Positions 24,002-37,418 are shown, counted from the first letter of the whole stretch. The stretch: DNA of 63,999 nt, filler included, from Collodictyon triciliatum (GCA_043381765.1; 8 parts of 8 records of this genome joined end to end with filler, not necessarily neighbours in it); one strand, 5' to 3'. Made by a program: numbers and translations. Notes: generated from the letters alone by a model not told the origin.

Positions 24002-27000
24002 ATATTGAGTGCATCATTACCAAATCACTCCTTGAAATTCAACCTTCACGAAGAATTCCTTTATTCTCTGTAGTTGAAAAGCTAGCGGTAGTATTTTATC
24101 AGTAAAATCGCTCTAATGAGCCTTCATACTCACATATATTTACTAAATATTATAGGAATACCTTCGTGAATTTACCAAACCACATGAGAGTCCCTGAAAA
24201 GGTTTTAAAAAAATATTTGTTAGATGCAAAGTCCTGAAAAAGTAAAATGTAATTTTTTTCTTACTGTGTTTACTTGCAAACATAATTGATTGATTATTAG
24301 TTATTTGACATGAATTCAAGAAGAGGAAAAGAAACTGCAACTATCGTGTGCGCACGCATTAATGAACTTGAAAGGCTTTGGTCCGAATATCCCGATGATA
24401 TAACAGAGGCGATTATTATGCTAAGAAATATATTTGATAAGGTTAACAAAAAAAATATAAACTTATAAATTTAAATACGATATAAACCACGGCGATAAAC
24501 TTTTTATGAAACATAGCTTCGGTTGTGATTTTTATTTTTGAAAAAAATTGCTTAGGTTCTGATATCTACTGGTGGAACGGAAATTCAAAAAAGCAAGATG
24601 AATATTTATTGATGTTTTCTTTGCCTCTTTCTTCTTTACAGTTAAGCCAGATTTGGTTAAAATATTTCACGATTATTTGGTATATTGTACTAATTTAAGT
24701 TAATATTTTACAGCTAAAAAGATGAATAATTCTAGGTTTTACCATCAGCTTCAAGTAGAACTCCAGCAAATTTGTTGGCCTCATAACAACCGATTACATG
24801 AAAATATTTCAAATGAACCACCAAAAAATACCTCAGTATCTCTGAGTGTTTCTCTGGTAAAACGAAAATATTTATCCCGAATAAAAGACATATGTGTCCT
24901 ACAACACATTTCGTATTAAATATCTAATCCAGGTGGCCGATTTTGGAGAGTGTAGCATTACTAGACGTGATGGTGACTTATACGTATCGAAAGAAAAGGT
25001 AATTTTTTAGTTGATGCATTAATTCTTACCTTAATTCTTACCTTAATTCTTACTTTCTGCTTATTTCTGCTTATTTCTGCTTATTTCTGCTTATTCCTGC
25101 TTATTTCATATTATAAAAAATACATAGATAAATAAGTAAATAAAAATTTTATAAATAAATGTAGTTAATTGATCGGGTGAGGGAATTATCTGTACTTGCA
25201 AGCAACGGTCAAATGATAATAGGTTGTAAACTTTTAAAGGTAATTTGATGGGGATTAAAACCATCAGATACAAGATTTTTCATAGTATTTATCACAAAAT
25301 CATATTATTAATGCCTTTCAACTCCAAAATATTATATCTAGCAGATAGGCAAGAATAATCTTCGACTTTTTGTAACTACAAGATTAATATCGCCAGAAAC
25401 AACGTTAATGAATGAAGATAGCTTGGTTTATGACTTTTAATTTCAACTTTACCTTGCATGCATTTATTTTTTAAAAAACTATTTTCAAATTTTTATCTCT
25501 ACATCTCATGTCTCCTAATTTTGAAAAAAAAATTATTTTCACTTTTGAATTTTTGAAAAATGAGTATTTCAGTTTTGGATATTGAACGTTTTATCATAAT
25601 TAAAATGTCATAGATGCGTTCATGGTCTCTGCCGAATAAAATTCAATTGCCTGACCAAGATGATAAAATATTAAATTACTACAAAAGAAATTCAACGAAG
25701 GTTATTTTTAATTATTATTTTATTTCAAAACTTAGCTTCAGATAATTAGCATGTAGTTTTAATTACAAATAGGAAATAAAATTGCAGCATCCAAACATGG
25801 TGGACAATAAGGATTTCGATATGTTTGGTATTTATACAATCTACACTCCGATAGTCCCTTTTTTTCTCTTCCTTAAGCTATTTTAAAAAACATGATTCTA
25901 AAATATACTAGCACCCACGGAGAAGAGTTTTGTCGATGGAAACTCATCAGATATTGACGAGAAGATGTTACAGCGTGTAAGCATTCCCTGGACAGATATA
26001 AGCTTGACCGGAAAGATTATTGGGAAGGGAGCTCATAGTGTGGTATATATAGCAGATTACAAGGTGAGTTCCTGGAAAATAATTCTAATCTGTCAAACAC
26101 ATGTCAATTTTGTGGCTTCTAAAATATCTACAACTTTTTAGGCTTCTAAGGTCTCGGCCAAAATCGTAAGGGCAGATTATGCCAAAGTGGACAAGTCTAA
26201 AATAGTCAGGGAGATTTTCATTCATAGGTAACTATTTCCTCAGACTTTTTTTCGATATATGAATTTTCCATATGAATAAATCTTTTTTCCAGGAAATTGA
26301 AGCACCCAAACATTCTCCCCCTAATTGGCTTTTGTATGACTGAGCACAAAGCTGCCATTCTAACTCCTTATGTCGGCTCGATGAATTTGAAGATTATTTT
26401 GAGAAATACAGCCAAACAATTCCCATTGCATGAAAAGTACTATGTTTCATACGCTTGTAAAAATTTATTGTCTGTCACTCGAATCCTTTTTTGCGCTTTC
26501 ATATGGTATTTATGCCAAAATATTTGTAAATTTAGGCTGTCCATTTTAAAGCAAGTAGCTGAAGGCATGGATTATTTGCATACACGAGACCCTCCTGTGC
26601 TTCATAGAGATTTGAAAACTGCTAACATACTGGTCAGTATTGCGTGGTTTAATGTAATGAAGTACCAGCCATTCTTTCCACCAAATGAAGGAAATGAAAC
26701 ACTGGAGATTGAATTAGGATAACAAAATAGGTCACAAGAGAAACGCCTTTTATGATTAAAATATGCGGCTTTACATTCTCGGGTTCTTTCAAGGATGGTT
26801 TAGCAACAACAAAGTGCGGAACATTAATCTACCAGGCTCCAGAGGTAAACAATCTCACTTGAACACCTTTCAAAGGTTCATCTTGAAATTTGAATTTGAT
26901 TTTAAAAAAAAAAAGAAAAGGAATTGAAATCTGTTATATTTATTTCGCCTCATGGTAAATCCTATTATATACATTTAATGAAAATTCATGCCTTTCATTT

Positions 27001-27450
27001 TGGTCTTTTAATTGATTTCATTTCATACATTAAAATCAAAAATCATGACAGATAATTCGAGGAGAACCATATGGACTGAAAGTTGATGTGTACAGTTTTG
27101 CGATAGTAGCATGGGAAATCGAAACAAGAAGTCTTCCATATGAAAATGTTGCAATGAAAGACATTGGGATTCAGGTGCTAGAAGGAAAACGCCCAAGATT
27201 TCAGAATGACTCCAATGATGTCATTGAATACATTTCTCAATTATCGTGGAACAATGACCCTGCTTCACGTCCTTGCTTTGCAGACATTCTGAAAATTCTT
27301 GCGGTAAGTTGCTTCGATGTATTTTTATTAAAAAGGAGAAGAAAAAAAAGACAACAATAATTATTAGTGTTTGCGGAGAACAATAAGATATGGGACTATG
27401 AATATGCTATATTCAACTGTCTATTATTTCCACAGGAAGGGGTCGTTTGA
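24002..27450 (+). CDS. Kinase - (degenerate) class III nucleotide cyclase - TKL kinase protein of the Acanthamoeba/Mimivirus receptor-kinase type; 5'-truncated
   Basis: End of a first kinase: IITKSLLEIQPSRRIPLFSVVEKL. Cyclase-like exons: ATIVCARINELERLWSEYPDDITEAIIML, FYHQLQVELQQICWP, LIDRVRELSVLASNGQMIIG. Second kinase: IIGKGAHSVVY...VSAK...HRDLKTANIL...TKCGTLIYQAPEIIRGEPY...DVYSFAIVAWEIETRSLPY...VLEGKRP. Some small exon boundaries at 24150-24740 are uncertain. Confidence 0.8.
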
Positions 27451-27766
27451 GAGCTAAACGGAATTGTTGCTGTCAATCTGAATTTTTAGATGGAATGAAT
27501 TCATCCTCAAATATATATACTTTTATCATGTCCCTGGATGAGACTTTAGTATCCACAATCTTTATATTTTATCATTATTGATGGGTTTAATGTCACGTTA
27601 TCTATATTTATTTATCTGGATGTATGAGCGATGCTGTTCTCATTTACACGCTACCACCAGCGAGCAAGAGCAACTGAAGCCTAGGAACTTGCCATTAATA
27701 CTTCAAAATAAACAAAGAAATATGCTAAACCGTGCGTGTATTGATGACGCAGTTTTTGGACCTGTA

Positions 27767-27801
<35 letters not shown>

Positions 27802-27823
27802 CTATTACCATTACCACCATCAT
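27767..27823. repeat. (CAT)n microsatellite
   Basis: Directly visible. Confidence 0.9.
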
Positions 27824-28159
27824 GTGCCAGGTTTTTTGAAGACTGCTGTGGGTTGCGTAGAATCAGTAAAGTAGTGAAGGACTTGCCTCTTGCGCCCTGT
27901 TGTCATCAACCAGGACCTTAATATGTGGAATTTATCTCCGAATTTTTAATTTTTAATTACATGAGGATATAAATGACGCATAATCTGGTTTTATAACACA
28001 TAATATATAATTGTAACATAAATTTAAATATTAGACAAGGTTCGCTTGACCTACTAGCGTCAATAACGAAGTTGGTTAACACGTAGCCTTTCGGCCACTT
28101 TTCCCTTTCGCCTTAAGAATATTTCTCTGAATGTTCCATCGCCTTTCAGCTCGTGTATA

Positions 28160-29790
28160 AATTCACAACAACCCAACAACATCTTCGTTAGCATGGTCAA
28201 GTTCATCCACAACTCGCCGCGTCACGATTTCCGCCCGCCCACAACGGCCATGGAACATTCTAAACCGCAACACGATTCTGCAGCGTCGGAACAATCGAAG
28301 CGAGCGGAGCACTGTGCCGCACACCATTGCCGATGCCACTGAATTAGCGTCCGAAGCCTGGTCAAGGAACAATAATATATTCGTAACAAAATCCTCCGAG
28401 TGCGTCGGCCAGCCTGGAAATCCGGCTGCTTCAGCGGGGGTTTTGCGTCTCGCTTAGCCACTTTCGTCGTGCCTGCGATCAGGCTGCGAGCGTTGTAGGT
28501 TTGCTTGCAGACTGAGACTTGCCTGGAGAATGAGACCGCGTGGAACTCTAGACACAATTGCTTCCATTTATTCACCTCTGGAAGAAAAAAAGGAAAGAGA
28601 GGGCACTCCACCTTCGTCAAAGAACCAGTGGCTGGGAAACAGGCCTCGACTGAGTCTGTTGCAGCTCCCAGCACTCCCATAGGCATTCCCTCTTGCTGGA
28701 ACGCCTCCTTCTGCTTATTAATATGAGCGAGCTCTATACGTCTTTCTCTTTATCTTCGCTGTCTTTCAGGATCACAAGTACGCTTGGCCGAGAAAGACAT
28801 TATATGCACCATAACGGGGGTTTCTTCAGAGCTTGGCGGTGGCAACCAGTTATTGGACACGAAGTCTTCAGAGAGCAGATGTGAGCTGCGCTGCGCCACT
28901 CGTCAAAGAGTCTCCTGTCAAGACTTAGCCTGAGAAACTGGAGGACGAGATGCAGAACCTGGGGATTGAACGGCCCCCCCAGCTTATTCTCCACACGTCC
29001 TCACATCTACACATACACATGGAGTTCCTAGATCTACTTGCCTGTCGAGAGCGTGGCAGACGAAAAAGTCTCGGACACAATTCTACTAGCTTCTATGCAA
29101 GGCAAAGACAATAGTGAGATGCGCGATTGCTTAATTGAAAAGGCACCGGACACAGCCCAGTTCGAGCGTCTAGAGGCGAGAAGACCAGGCTGATATGGCT
29201 TTCCATTTAGTCAGGCTTGTATACATCTGCAGAATCCTGGAAGACGTGATATTGTGATGCGCGCAGAAACACCGATGAACTCTGGAATACCTGCGCTACT
29301 ATCCTGTCCATGCGGCTTTATTCACACCCCCGTCCTGATTTACTGATACAAGGTGTGATCGACTGCTTAGGAAGGGAAGAATCCACTCAAGCAACGGATT
29401 GGGAGGGATGTGCTGTTCTTCCTGCCGCAGCAGAAGGAAAAATAAGAATAGTGAGGAACATATTATCATACCTGATGGATCCCTAACAAGTTGAGGCCGG
29501 CCCTGCGCGTTCATGAATGTCAAGAAATCGTGCAGGCTGGATTCTCTTCTCATTTCTGGGCCGCGAATGAGCCTTTAGTCGAGTTCGGCGGGTTGTGGAT
29601 GGAGGACGGTGAATTGTTTTGGAGTCAGAATTATTGGGCCATGCCAGTCAGTCAGTCCACACATCGAGATAGCAGAGATAGTATAAGAAGTGGAGTGGCA
29701 ATTAAGATGAATCAACTATGGAGACGGCCATATCATGTTACTGTGTCAGATTGGTTTTGTTTCATAGGGGGTTTACTCATGGAAGGATGA
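28160..29790 (-). mobile_element. Decayed LINE ORF2: RT remnant and possible C-terminal RNase H
   Basis: LLEWILPFLSSRSHLVSVN followed by a frameshifted SAGIP (RT pattern W-I-x-x-F-L-x-x-R...GVPQG). The distal SDANSVASAMVCGTVLRS...HANEDVVGL is weakly RNase H-like. Many disablements. Confidence 0.55.
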
Positions 29791-31054
29791 ATGATTTGCT
29801 TTGTAATTAGACGGATCGGGGATTATATTTATTTGCGCAAACGTTTGTCTTGTGCACACAGAATCCTTTGTGTATTTACATTTGCTGTCTATTTGGATAG
29901 CTTTTCCTCTTTGCTCATCGCTCTTCATTTCCCATTATAATGTATCCTTACAAAAAATCACCGCTTCATGCATGATTCAATACCACGAGTAGTTGGTCGA
30001 AACGCAACATAGAAACACATATTGTAGCACACTATGAAACATAATAGAGCCAGAGTGATTCAAAATGAAGCAAAATGATTCATAGAACTATTATATAAAG
30101 GAAGTAAATACAAGCTTCACCAAATATCACCTCCTCCTTCTACCTCTGGGGTTCATAATCAATCCACATGCATGGCGCTGTTTTANNNNNNNNNNNNNNN
30201 NNNNNNNNNNNNNNNNNNNNNNNNNNNNNNNNNNNNNNNNNNNNNNNNNNNNNNNNNNNNNNNNNNNNNNNNNNNNNNNNNNNNNNNNNNNNNNNNNNNN
30301 NNNNNNNNNNNNNNNNNNNNNNNNNNNNNNNNNNNNNNNNNNNNNNNNNNNNNNNNNNNNNNNNNNNNNNNNNNNNNNNNNNNNNNNNNNNNNNNNNNNN
30401 NNNNNNNNNNNNNNNNNNNNNNNNNNNNNNNNNNNNNNNNNNNNNNNNNNNNNNNNNNNNNNNNNNNNNNNNNNNNNNNNNNNNNNNNNNNNNNNNNNNN
30501 NNNNNNNNNNNNNNNNNNNNNNNNNNNNNNNNNNNNNNNNNNNNNNNNNNNNNNNNNNNNNNNNNNNNNNNNNNNNNNNNNNNNNNNNNNNNNNNNNNNN
30601 NNNNNNNNNNNNNNNNNNNNNNNNNNNNNNNNNNNNNNNNNNNNNNNNNNNNNNNNNNNNNNNNNNNNNNNNNNNNNNNNNNNNNNNNNNNNNNNNNNNN
30701 NNNNNNNNNNNNNNNNNNNNNNNNNNNNNNNNNNNNNNNNNNCAAAAGCACAGGCATACTTCTGGGCTTACTCACGGCTGGAACATAGTCACTATCTTGC
30801 GAAGCCGCTGCATATGATGGCATCTTTTTAGGTGACAAAACTGCTTTGTTTCCGACCAGAGTTAATGGATTTCAAGGTCGCTCTTTTTTTTCTCCTTTGA
30901 AAAATTGAAAAATTGAAAAATTGATAAATTGAAGAATAGAAGAATAGAAGAATAGAAGAATAGAAGAATAGAAGAATAGAAGAATAGAAGAATAGAAGAA
31001 TAGAAGAATAGAAGAATAGAAGAATAGAAAACTGTGTGGCGTAGGAACAAAAAC

Positions 31055-31620
31055 CTTTAGAGCTACGATATACTTGCTAGACTTCTCACGAGCCAAGTAC
31101 ACATTCCCAAATCGACCACGACCGAGCGGACGGCCAATCTCAAAATCCTCTATGGTCCACCGACGAGAGGGTACAGAGGCTGGAACAGCAGCCGGAGTTG
31201 CAGGTGTATGTTCATCATGGGAGACAGACGAGGCACTTGATGTAAGCAGCCGTGGAGGATCAGGCTTTCTGGCCCTGACAAGAAAGCGTTCTGTTAATAA
31301 TAAATTATTTCGCATAACCACGTGAGCCCCTTCTAAAAGAAAAAATCCAATAGAAAAAAAATGGAAAAGCAATGTTCATACGGGATAGTCTCGGGCGTTG
31401 CCGAAGCTGCGGCAGGCTTTCCTCGTGGGGTGATAGGTCTTGTACTCAGAGAAGGAGCCAGCAAGGATGGAGACGGGGAGGCACGAGTCTCACGTGGGCC
31501 GTTTGACAGATTCTCTTTCGTAACTTCAGAGGAAGTCTCCTTCGGCGAAGCGGCGTGTTTTTTCAGGCCGCGAGGTACTTTGCTGGTCGAACTGTCAAGA
31601 CCGAGAGCGCGCTTTCCAAG
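31055..31620 (-). CDS. Aurora kinase, N-terminal region and start of the kinase domain (partial)
   Basis: A low-complexity N-terminal exon with a KEN box (VTKENLSN) is spliced to [39 protein letters not shown]. The remainder is not visible (gap 30186-30742). Confidence 0.88.
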
Positions 31621-31768
31621 CTGAACACATGAATAACGTGAGTGAGATGGTGTTTCCAGGAAATGCTGTGAAGTCCTTCATAGTTGAAAGAATCCAAATC
31701 CAAAAGAAAAAGAGAAAAAAAGAGAGAAAAAAAAAGAGAGAAAAAAAAGAGAGAAAAAAAAAAGAGAG

Positions 31769-31882
<114 letters not shown>

Positions 31883-33391
31883 AGAAAAAAAAAAANNNNN
31901 NNNNNNNNNNNNNNNNNNNNNNNNNNNNNNNNNNNNNNNTTAATTAATTAANNNNNNNNNNNNNNNNNNNNNNNNNNNNNNNNNNNNNNNNNNNNCAAAA
32001 AAAAGACAAAAAAAAGACAAAAAAAAGACAAAAAAAAGACAAAAAAAGACAAAAAAAAGACAAAAAAAAGACAAAAAAAAAGACAAAAAAAGACAAAAAA
32101 AGACAAAAAAAGACAAAAAAAGACAAAAGGACTAAAGGCTAAAAGACATACGACAAGAGAAAAAGTAAAAGAAAAATGAAACGATTGCAGTGGTTCAAAT
32201 TCTGATGAAACCATTCACAAATTGATTTTAAATAGATCGGAAACAGATAATACAACAGCCGAACATGGAAGTGAGTCCAAGGGCTTTATTCTTTGGAAAA
32301 TAAGAAAGGAGGAAAGACTGGCAGGTGCGATGCCCCTAGTTATTTTTCCTTTATTCTATTTTAAAGTAATCCATCTAATTCCTATTAGCAGGGTAATCAA
32401 TCCTGCTGAGACTATCTAATACAGTAGCTCGCCGCAGCTTGGTCACTCTCACGAATCAGTGCCACTGTTTCATCGGCGAATTTTTTCTTTTGTCTTTTAC
32501 TTGAGTTACTGAGTTTACTAGAAACTACGTCCAAACAAGATAGGATTGTTATGTGCAAAAGTTGATATTGTATTAATTTTTTTGTCATACAGGCGTGGTG
32601 AACATAGCTTCTCTTACAAAATATGAAGAAAAGAAAAATAAGCACAGAAATAGCTTATCTTTAGTATCTCGTCTTCCTTAATTATTGCGTAGTATCCAGT
32701 TCTTATACAATAAGTCCAACGTCTAATTTTACATAATGCTTCTTCTTCTCATGCATTATGTTAGAACGGCGTAGTATTTATTCACAAAAAAGAAATGTTA
32801 TTTTATTTTTTTTGGTTCTGCCATTGTTATCCACTGGTGGCCAATCAAACTACCCAACGCACCAAGACGTTTGGTTTATATATATATATATATATTTCTG
32901 GCTGGAGTTTAATACTGCCCAGATGATTCAATTAGTATGTATTTTTGAACTACAAGCTCTTCTTTTCCTTTTTTTTTTCTTTTCCCTTCTCTCGACCACA
33001 ATCATCACTGGTTGATGTTTGTGATGGTGCGAAGTCCTGTCGCCGATGAGCCTTGAACACACAGGGGCTACGAGTTTGGGGGTTGATTACCTCGGGCTAC
33101 ACGCTGCCGATTTCATCACTAAAATTGAACCTGTTTCCTAGAAACCTGTAAAATATGGGTTGACACTTTGGTGGAACCGTTTCTGAGATTGGCCTCTTTG
33201 ACACTCGAGCGGAAGTTGCTTTGCGACACACTCTATTACCTTTCTAGAAAACAACAACTTCACTTGCTCTCATCATATCGTTTGTTGACTAGTATGAGAA
33301 ATAGTCCCAACCACTTGCTTTGTGTTTTGAACATCTTCCTCCTACCCAGCTAACAGGGTTTCCTAACGTCTTGCCCAACGCACACACAGCG

Positions 33392-35251
33392 ATGGCGTCA
33401 GCACCGACAGAAAAAGAGGACGGTGTTGACTTGAACGTGATCGATTGTGATGAGGGATATATTGCTAGCCGAAGGCAAGGAATGGCTGATGCTACGATGT
33501 TACAACAGGAAAATATTGGTAGACTCACGAATGAAAGGGGAACAGATTCAAAGGAGCAAAATAGCGGGAAAGTATATACGAAAGTCATCACAGAACATGC
33601 GCCGTCTGTCTCTTCATCATCAGATAAGTATACAAACAAAAACGGCAGGTCTACGTATCCAATAAGTGGCCTAGAGCGCAAAAGCGATCGAATAACTCCA
33701 ACGGATAAAGCAATTGCAAGGATTCAACATCATAGTGAAGGTAGTCCCCTACACAGACAGGAATCGATTATCCGACAGCCCGATACCCGATGCTTGGTAG
33801 ACTCATTCAAGTATGCCACCGTCCGCGTGGCTTGGCTAACGTACCATTCTACGGTACTAGTATTTATTCCCTTTGCTACTTCAGTGCTGATATATGGCTC
33901 GTCAAAGTTTTTCATCGTGAATAACCGAAGCATGCTCATTTTCTTTTTAGTCTCCAATTCTTTTTTTATAGCCATGATGTATGCCACTATATCTTCGATA
34001 TTTATTCGAATGTTTGGTGAAAAGAGAATCTCTAAATTGGTAACAAGGCTTACAATACCAATCGCATTGAGTCACCTTGCAGTTCATTTTGCTTACTTTT
34101 ACTATGGATTAGCATACCTTGCTTTTGTTTATGCAAACTTCTTTCTTCTAAACTATTTTTTCGTATTGTGGTGCGTTAAAAAAGGAATTTGGAGAAAACC
34201 CTCCTCAAGTACAAAAGTAAAGTCAAAGAATGACGTCCTCTCTTCAGATGGAACCCCTATGGCACTTGTAAGAGGGATGATCCCTTACGTTGTTTTGTAC
34301 TTTTTCGGTTCCCATTTTTTCGTGAGCTACATAATATCATCGAACATCATCTTCCGAATTATCGGTAGGATTTTAATAGTCCCCGTGCTGGCTAATATTG
34401 TGGATTCATACCAAAACAAACAATTGATTTATAAATCAAAGGAGCATTTGAAGCACCGGATGATTATTGGAAGCATATTAAATTCCATTTTACTAGCAAC
34501 ATTGAGATTGATGACAACTGATACAACTAGTCTGCAATATACAACAATTCTATCATTTTGTGCAGCGATGAGTGAAATTGTGGTCCGAGTGAGCTTTATC
34601 CCTCGCACTATCTACACATTGAGAATAATGATGCTAATCGAACATCACATAGTGGGATTTTTTAACGTCGACAATAAAGTTTCGAATTTGAGTAACATTT
34701 CGAATGGGAGCAACGAGCAACATGATTTACCCCTACCAATCGATGCTCGACGAGAGCAAAATGGTCAAAACAATCATGATAAGCAGGAAATTCATATCAT
34801 TCATATTGGGAAAATTATATGGAGCACCGAAGGAATGAAAGCTCTTGTATCAGTTCTCAACAAAGAAGACAGTTTGACAGACATAATATCAACGTATCGC
34901 ACAAATAGAGCTCACGACATCGCTATGTTTGAGATACAGTCATCCATTTTTATCCCAACGTTACTTTATCTTTCATCAAGTATGCGCAGCTATTTTACAT
35001 TTGAGTCCTTCTTGAATATTGAAGAGTTGCTGTTGAATATCCTTGTGCAGACCCTGGTCGAAATATCATCTCAGGTCGTTTGCGCAGCTATGGAGCACTA
35101 TTATTTTGGAATAAAATTGATAGTGAAAGAGAACACGAGACATTATCTTAGCGCTTCTATATTACTGCATTATGCATTGTGCATCCTTACGATAGTCTTC
35201 CTTTCAGTAAGTCCTTTCCAGTTAAGTGCTGAATCGTGGCCCAATGAATAA
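33392..35251 (+). CDS. Intronless multi-pass membrane protein of unknown function
   Basis: 619-aa uninterrupted ORF from ATG 33392, with a disordered N-terminus followed by roughly ten hydrophobic segments. Confidence 0.85.
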   Translation: MASAPTEKEDGVDLNVIDCDEGYIASRRQGMADATMLQQENIGRLTNERGTDSKEQNSGKVYTKVITEHAPSVSSSSDKYTNKNGRSTYPISGLERKSDRITPTDKAIARIQHHSEGSPLHRQESIIRQPDTRCLVDSFKYATVRVAWLTYHSTVLVFIPFATSVLIYGSSKFFIVNNRSMLIFFLVSNSFFIAMMYATISSIFIRMFGEKRISKLVTRLTIPIALSHLAVHFAYFYYGLAYLAFVYANFFLLNYFFVLWCVKKGIWRKPSSSTKVKSKNDVLSSDGTPMALVRGMIPYVVLYFFGSHFFVSYIISSNIIFRIIGRILIVPVLANIVDSYQNKQLIYKSKEHLKHRMIIGSILNSILLATLRLMTTDTTSLQYTTILSFCAAMSEIVVRVSFIPRTIYTLRIMMLIEHHIVGFFNVDNKVSNLSNISNGSNEQHDLPLPIDARREQNGQNNHDKQEIHIIHIGKIIWSTEGMKALVSVLNKEDSLTDIISTYRTNRAHDIAMFEIQSSIFIPTLLYLSSSMRSYFTFESFLNIEELLLNILVQTLVEISSQVVCAAMEHYYFGIKLIVKENTRHYLSASILLHYALCILTIVFLSVSPFQLSAESWPNE

Positions 35252-35409
35252 AATAAAAAAATTAACAACATAGAAGCTGCCTACCCTCTTATATCGTACA
35301 AATTGAGCGGAATAAACATACTATGCAACTGCATACCTTGGGATTTAACTGACTTGGGTTTTTTTAACATCGAACCGAATGAAGTGGGGAAAACTTGGGG
35401 TTTAAAAAA

Positions 35410-35720
35410 ATATTTATTTGAATGTATGAAGTAGAGCCATACATAATGTGGAGATTGGTGTGTGTGGTCGAGAGCAAACGCGAGTAGAAGACGCTACCGT
35501 GGAGAGGGTAGCACTGGAAAGAAGTCAGTGATAGCGAGTTGGTCAGGTGGGTGTCCCAACTGGTTGATTCGTTGCGTGGGTAGCAGGGGTTGGATATGCT
35601 GTGGGGGATATCGCACGACACATTCCCACATCTCTCTTCACTTGCGGTCAGAGCAGCGAAGAATGCAGAGTAGTGCTTCAGCAGGCTGTTCAGGAAGCTG
35701 TATTGCACGAGGCTTTCAAG
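35410..35720 (-). mobile_element. Third decayed copy of the retroelement ORF2-like C-terminus/3' end
   Basis: LVQYSFLNSLLKH.../SDRK*REMWE...DQLAITDFFPV, followed by TGTATGGC...TCAAATAAA. Confidence 0.55.
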
Positions 35721-36169
35721 TCTGAATACATCGATTTTTTTTTTTTTTTTCATTCAAGTTACTGGAACGAGAGAATGCACACACACTCCATAAGGACCAC
35801 GGCATATGTCCCCTTGTGACTGTCCAGAGTATTCTAGAGTCGTTGGTCATTTAGTATTGTGCGCCAAACAGGATGTTGGAGCCATTTCATAATTTTATTT
35901 TCCACAATAAATTTATCTATATTTCGTCGATTATCCAAATAATAAAGAAACGTCTTTATTTGGATATTCCGGATTTGTAAATCTATTTCTAGTTCAACTG
36001 ATCGAATATGGATATTTCTTGCTAATTTCCAAAGTGCATAAAAACCTTTTAAAGAATGTTGATGATTGGATATGACGTAGCTTTTCGTCACAGGGCGATT
36101 ATGTGTAGTCTCTTTCGGAATCTGGAAGGTTATATTTCCAAAGAAAGAATATCGTGTGAACCACAAAAT

Positions 36170-36970
36170 CGAAATAGCAGGGTGAAATAGGTTGTGTCCA
36201 CCAGCAGAAACCTTGACGAGCCCAGCACAAACGCCCCAAAGGTCTGGAAAAAGGCAGCAGCGTTGGGTTTGGGTTGGTGGCCGTGGACTTGAAGCCGCCT
36301 ACAAAATAAAGAAAAAACAATGAATCCCAACCTGATATCAAGGAGAATGTCGATAAAAATAAAGCAGCAGGATGCACAGGCAATCCCAACCAAACATGGC
36401 TGTAAGATTTTCATCTGTTGACTCTCGGCGATGGGCAAAAGCAACAGCGGTGCTGTTTGGGTGAGGGTAATCCAAACAAGTGAAAACAAAGCCAATTCGG
36501 TCGTTCTGAATTCATTTCCAAATGAAAAAATAAGCCAAAAGGATTTCTTGCTCCTTTCTGGTCTTTTGCTAATACGAGCGCAGCAAAAGGCAAGCACATA
36601 AATGGAGAATCGATTCTAGCCCAAAGAAAATAAAAGTGGTTGTGGGCATCACTAAAACTTATATTCAGTTCGAGTAGGGCAAAGTGAGATGCGTCACCAA
36701 CGCGATTCAAAGCTCGTGATTTTGCCCAACCAAGTTAGAAAATTATATGAACTCAATCAGGGTATATAAACATTGAAGGATTGGCACCGGCAAGAATTGA
36801 TGAAAAGCTGGTTGGCCAAAACACAACCGAGAACCTTCCGTCTCTCTCTCCCTGGCAGCAGCCCTGAGATGCAGTCGACCTAGAGATACGGATAATTCAA
36901 TTCCCACGAGAGTAATAAACCAGAGCGAAAGCACAGTGTTGGTTCGTGGTCGAAAGACAGCGACCAATTG
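36170..36970 (-). mobile_element. Decayed LINE reverse transcriptase
   Basis: HQFLPVPILQCLYTLIEFI (NYRPI-S-LL...YK motif region), FIFIDILL, and YFVGGFK, where GGC GGC is read as mutated GAC GAC of the FxDD active site. Confidence 0.55.
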
Positions 36971-37418
36971 TAATTGCCTTTGTCCTCTCCATACATTTAT
37001 TGCTTGCTCTCTTCCAACCCCGCTCCAAGAATCGAGGGGCCAGAGAAAGGTCCATTCGCACTACTCAGTGAGGCTGTCTATCCGCCACTCAGGTGTAAAA
37101 ACATAACAATCTTAACTGTGATTCCACATCTCCAATTTATAGTGGCATATTGCTACCGAAATACCACAGATGGTTCTTTAAGAAAACGAAGGATTGAGCA
37201 ACGCAGGACCACCACTCTCCAGTCACCGCCACCAGTGCATTAAAGAGCGCCGATTTTGAAAAGGTTGGTTTGATACCACAAGCAGAGGTTATATTCCGCT
37301 AGGGTCCCTTCCTGAATATCAATCATTCTGCTACAACGTCGTCTTCCATCTAACTGAACATTGGTCTAGCCTCGTTTGCTTCTCTCAGTATAATCAACTC
37401 ATACAAAACACCGAATCG

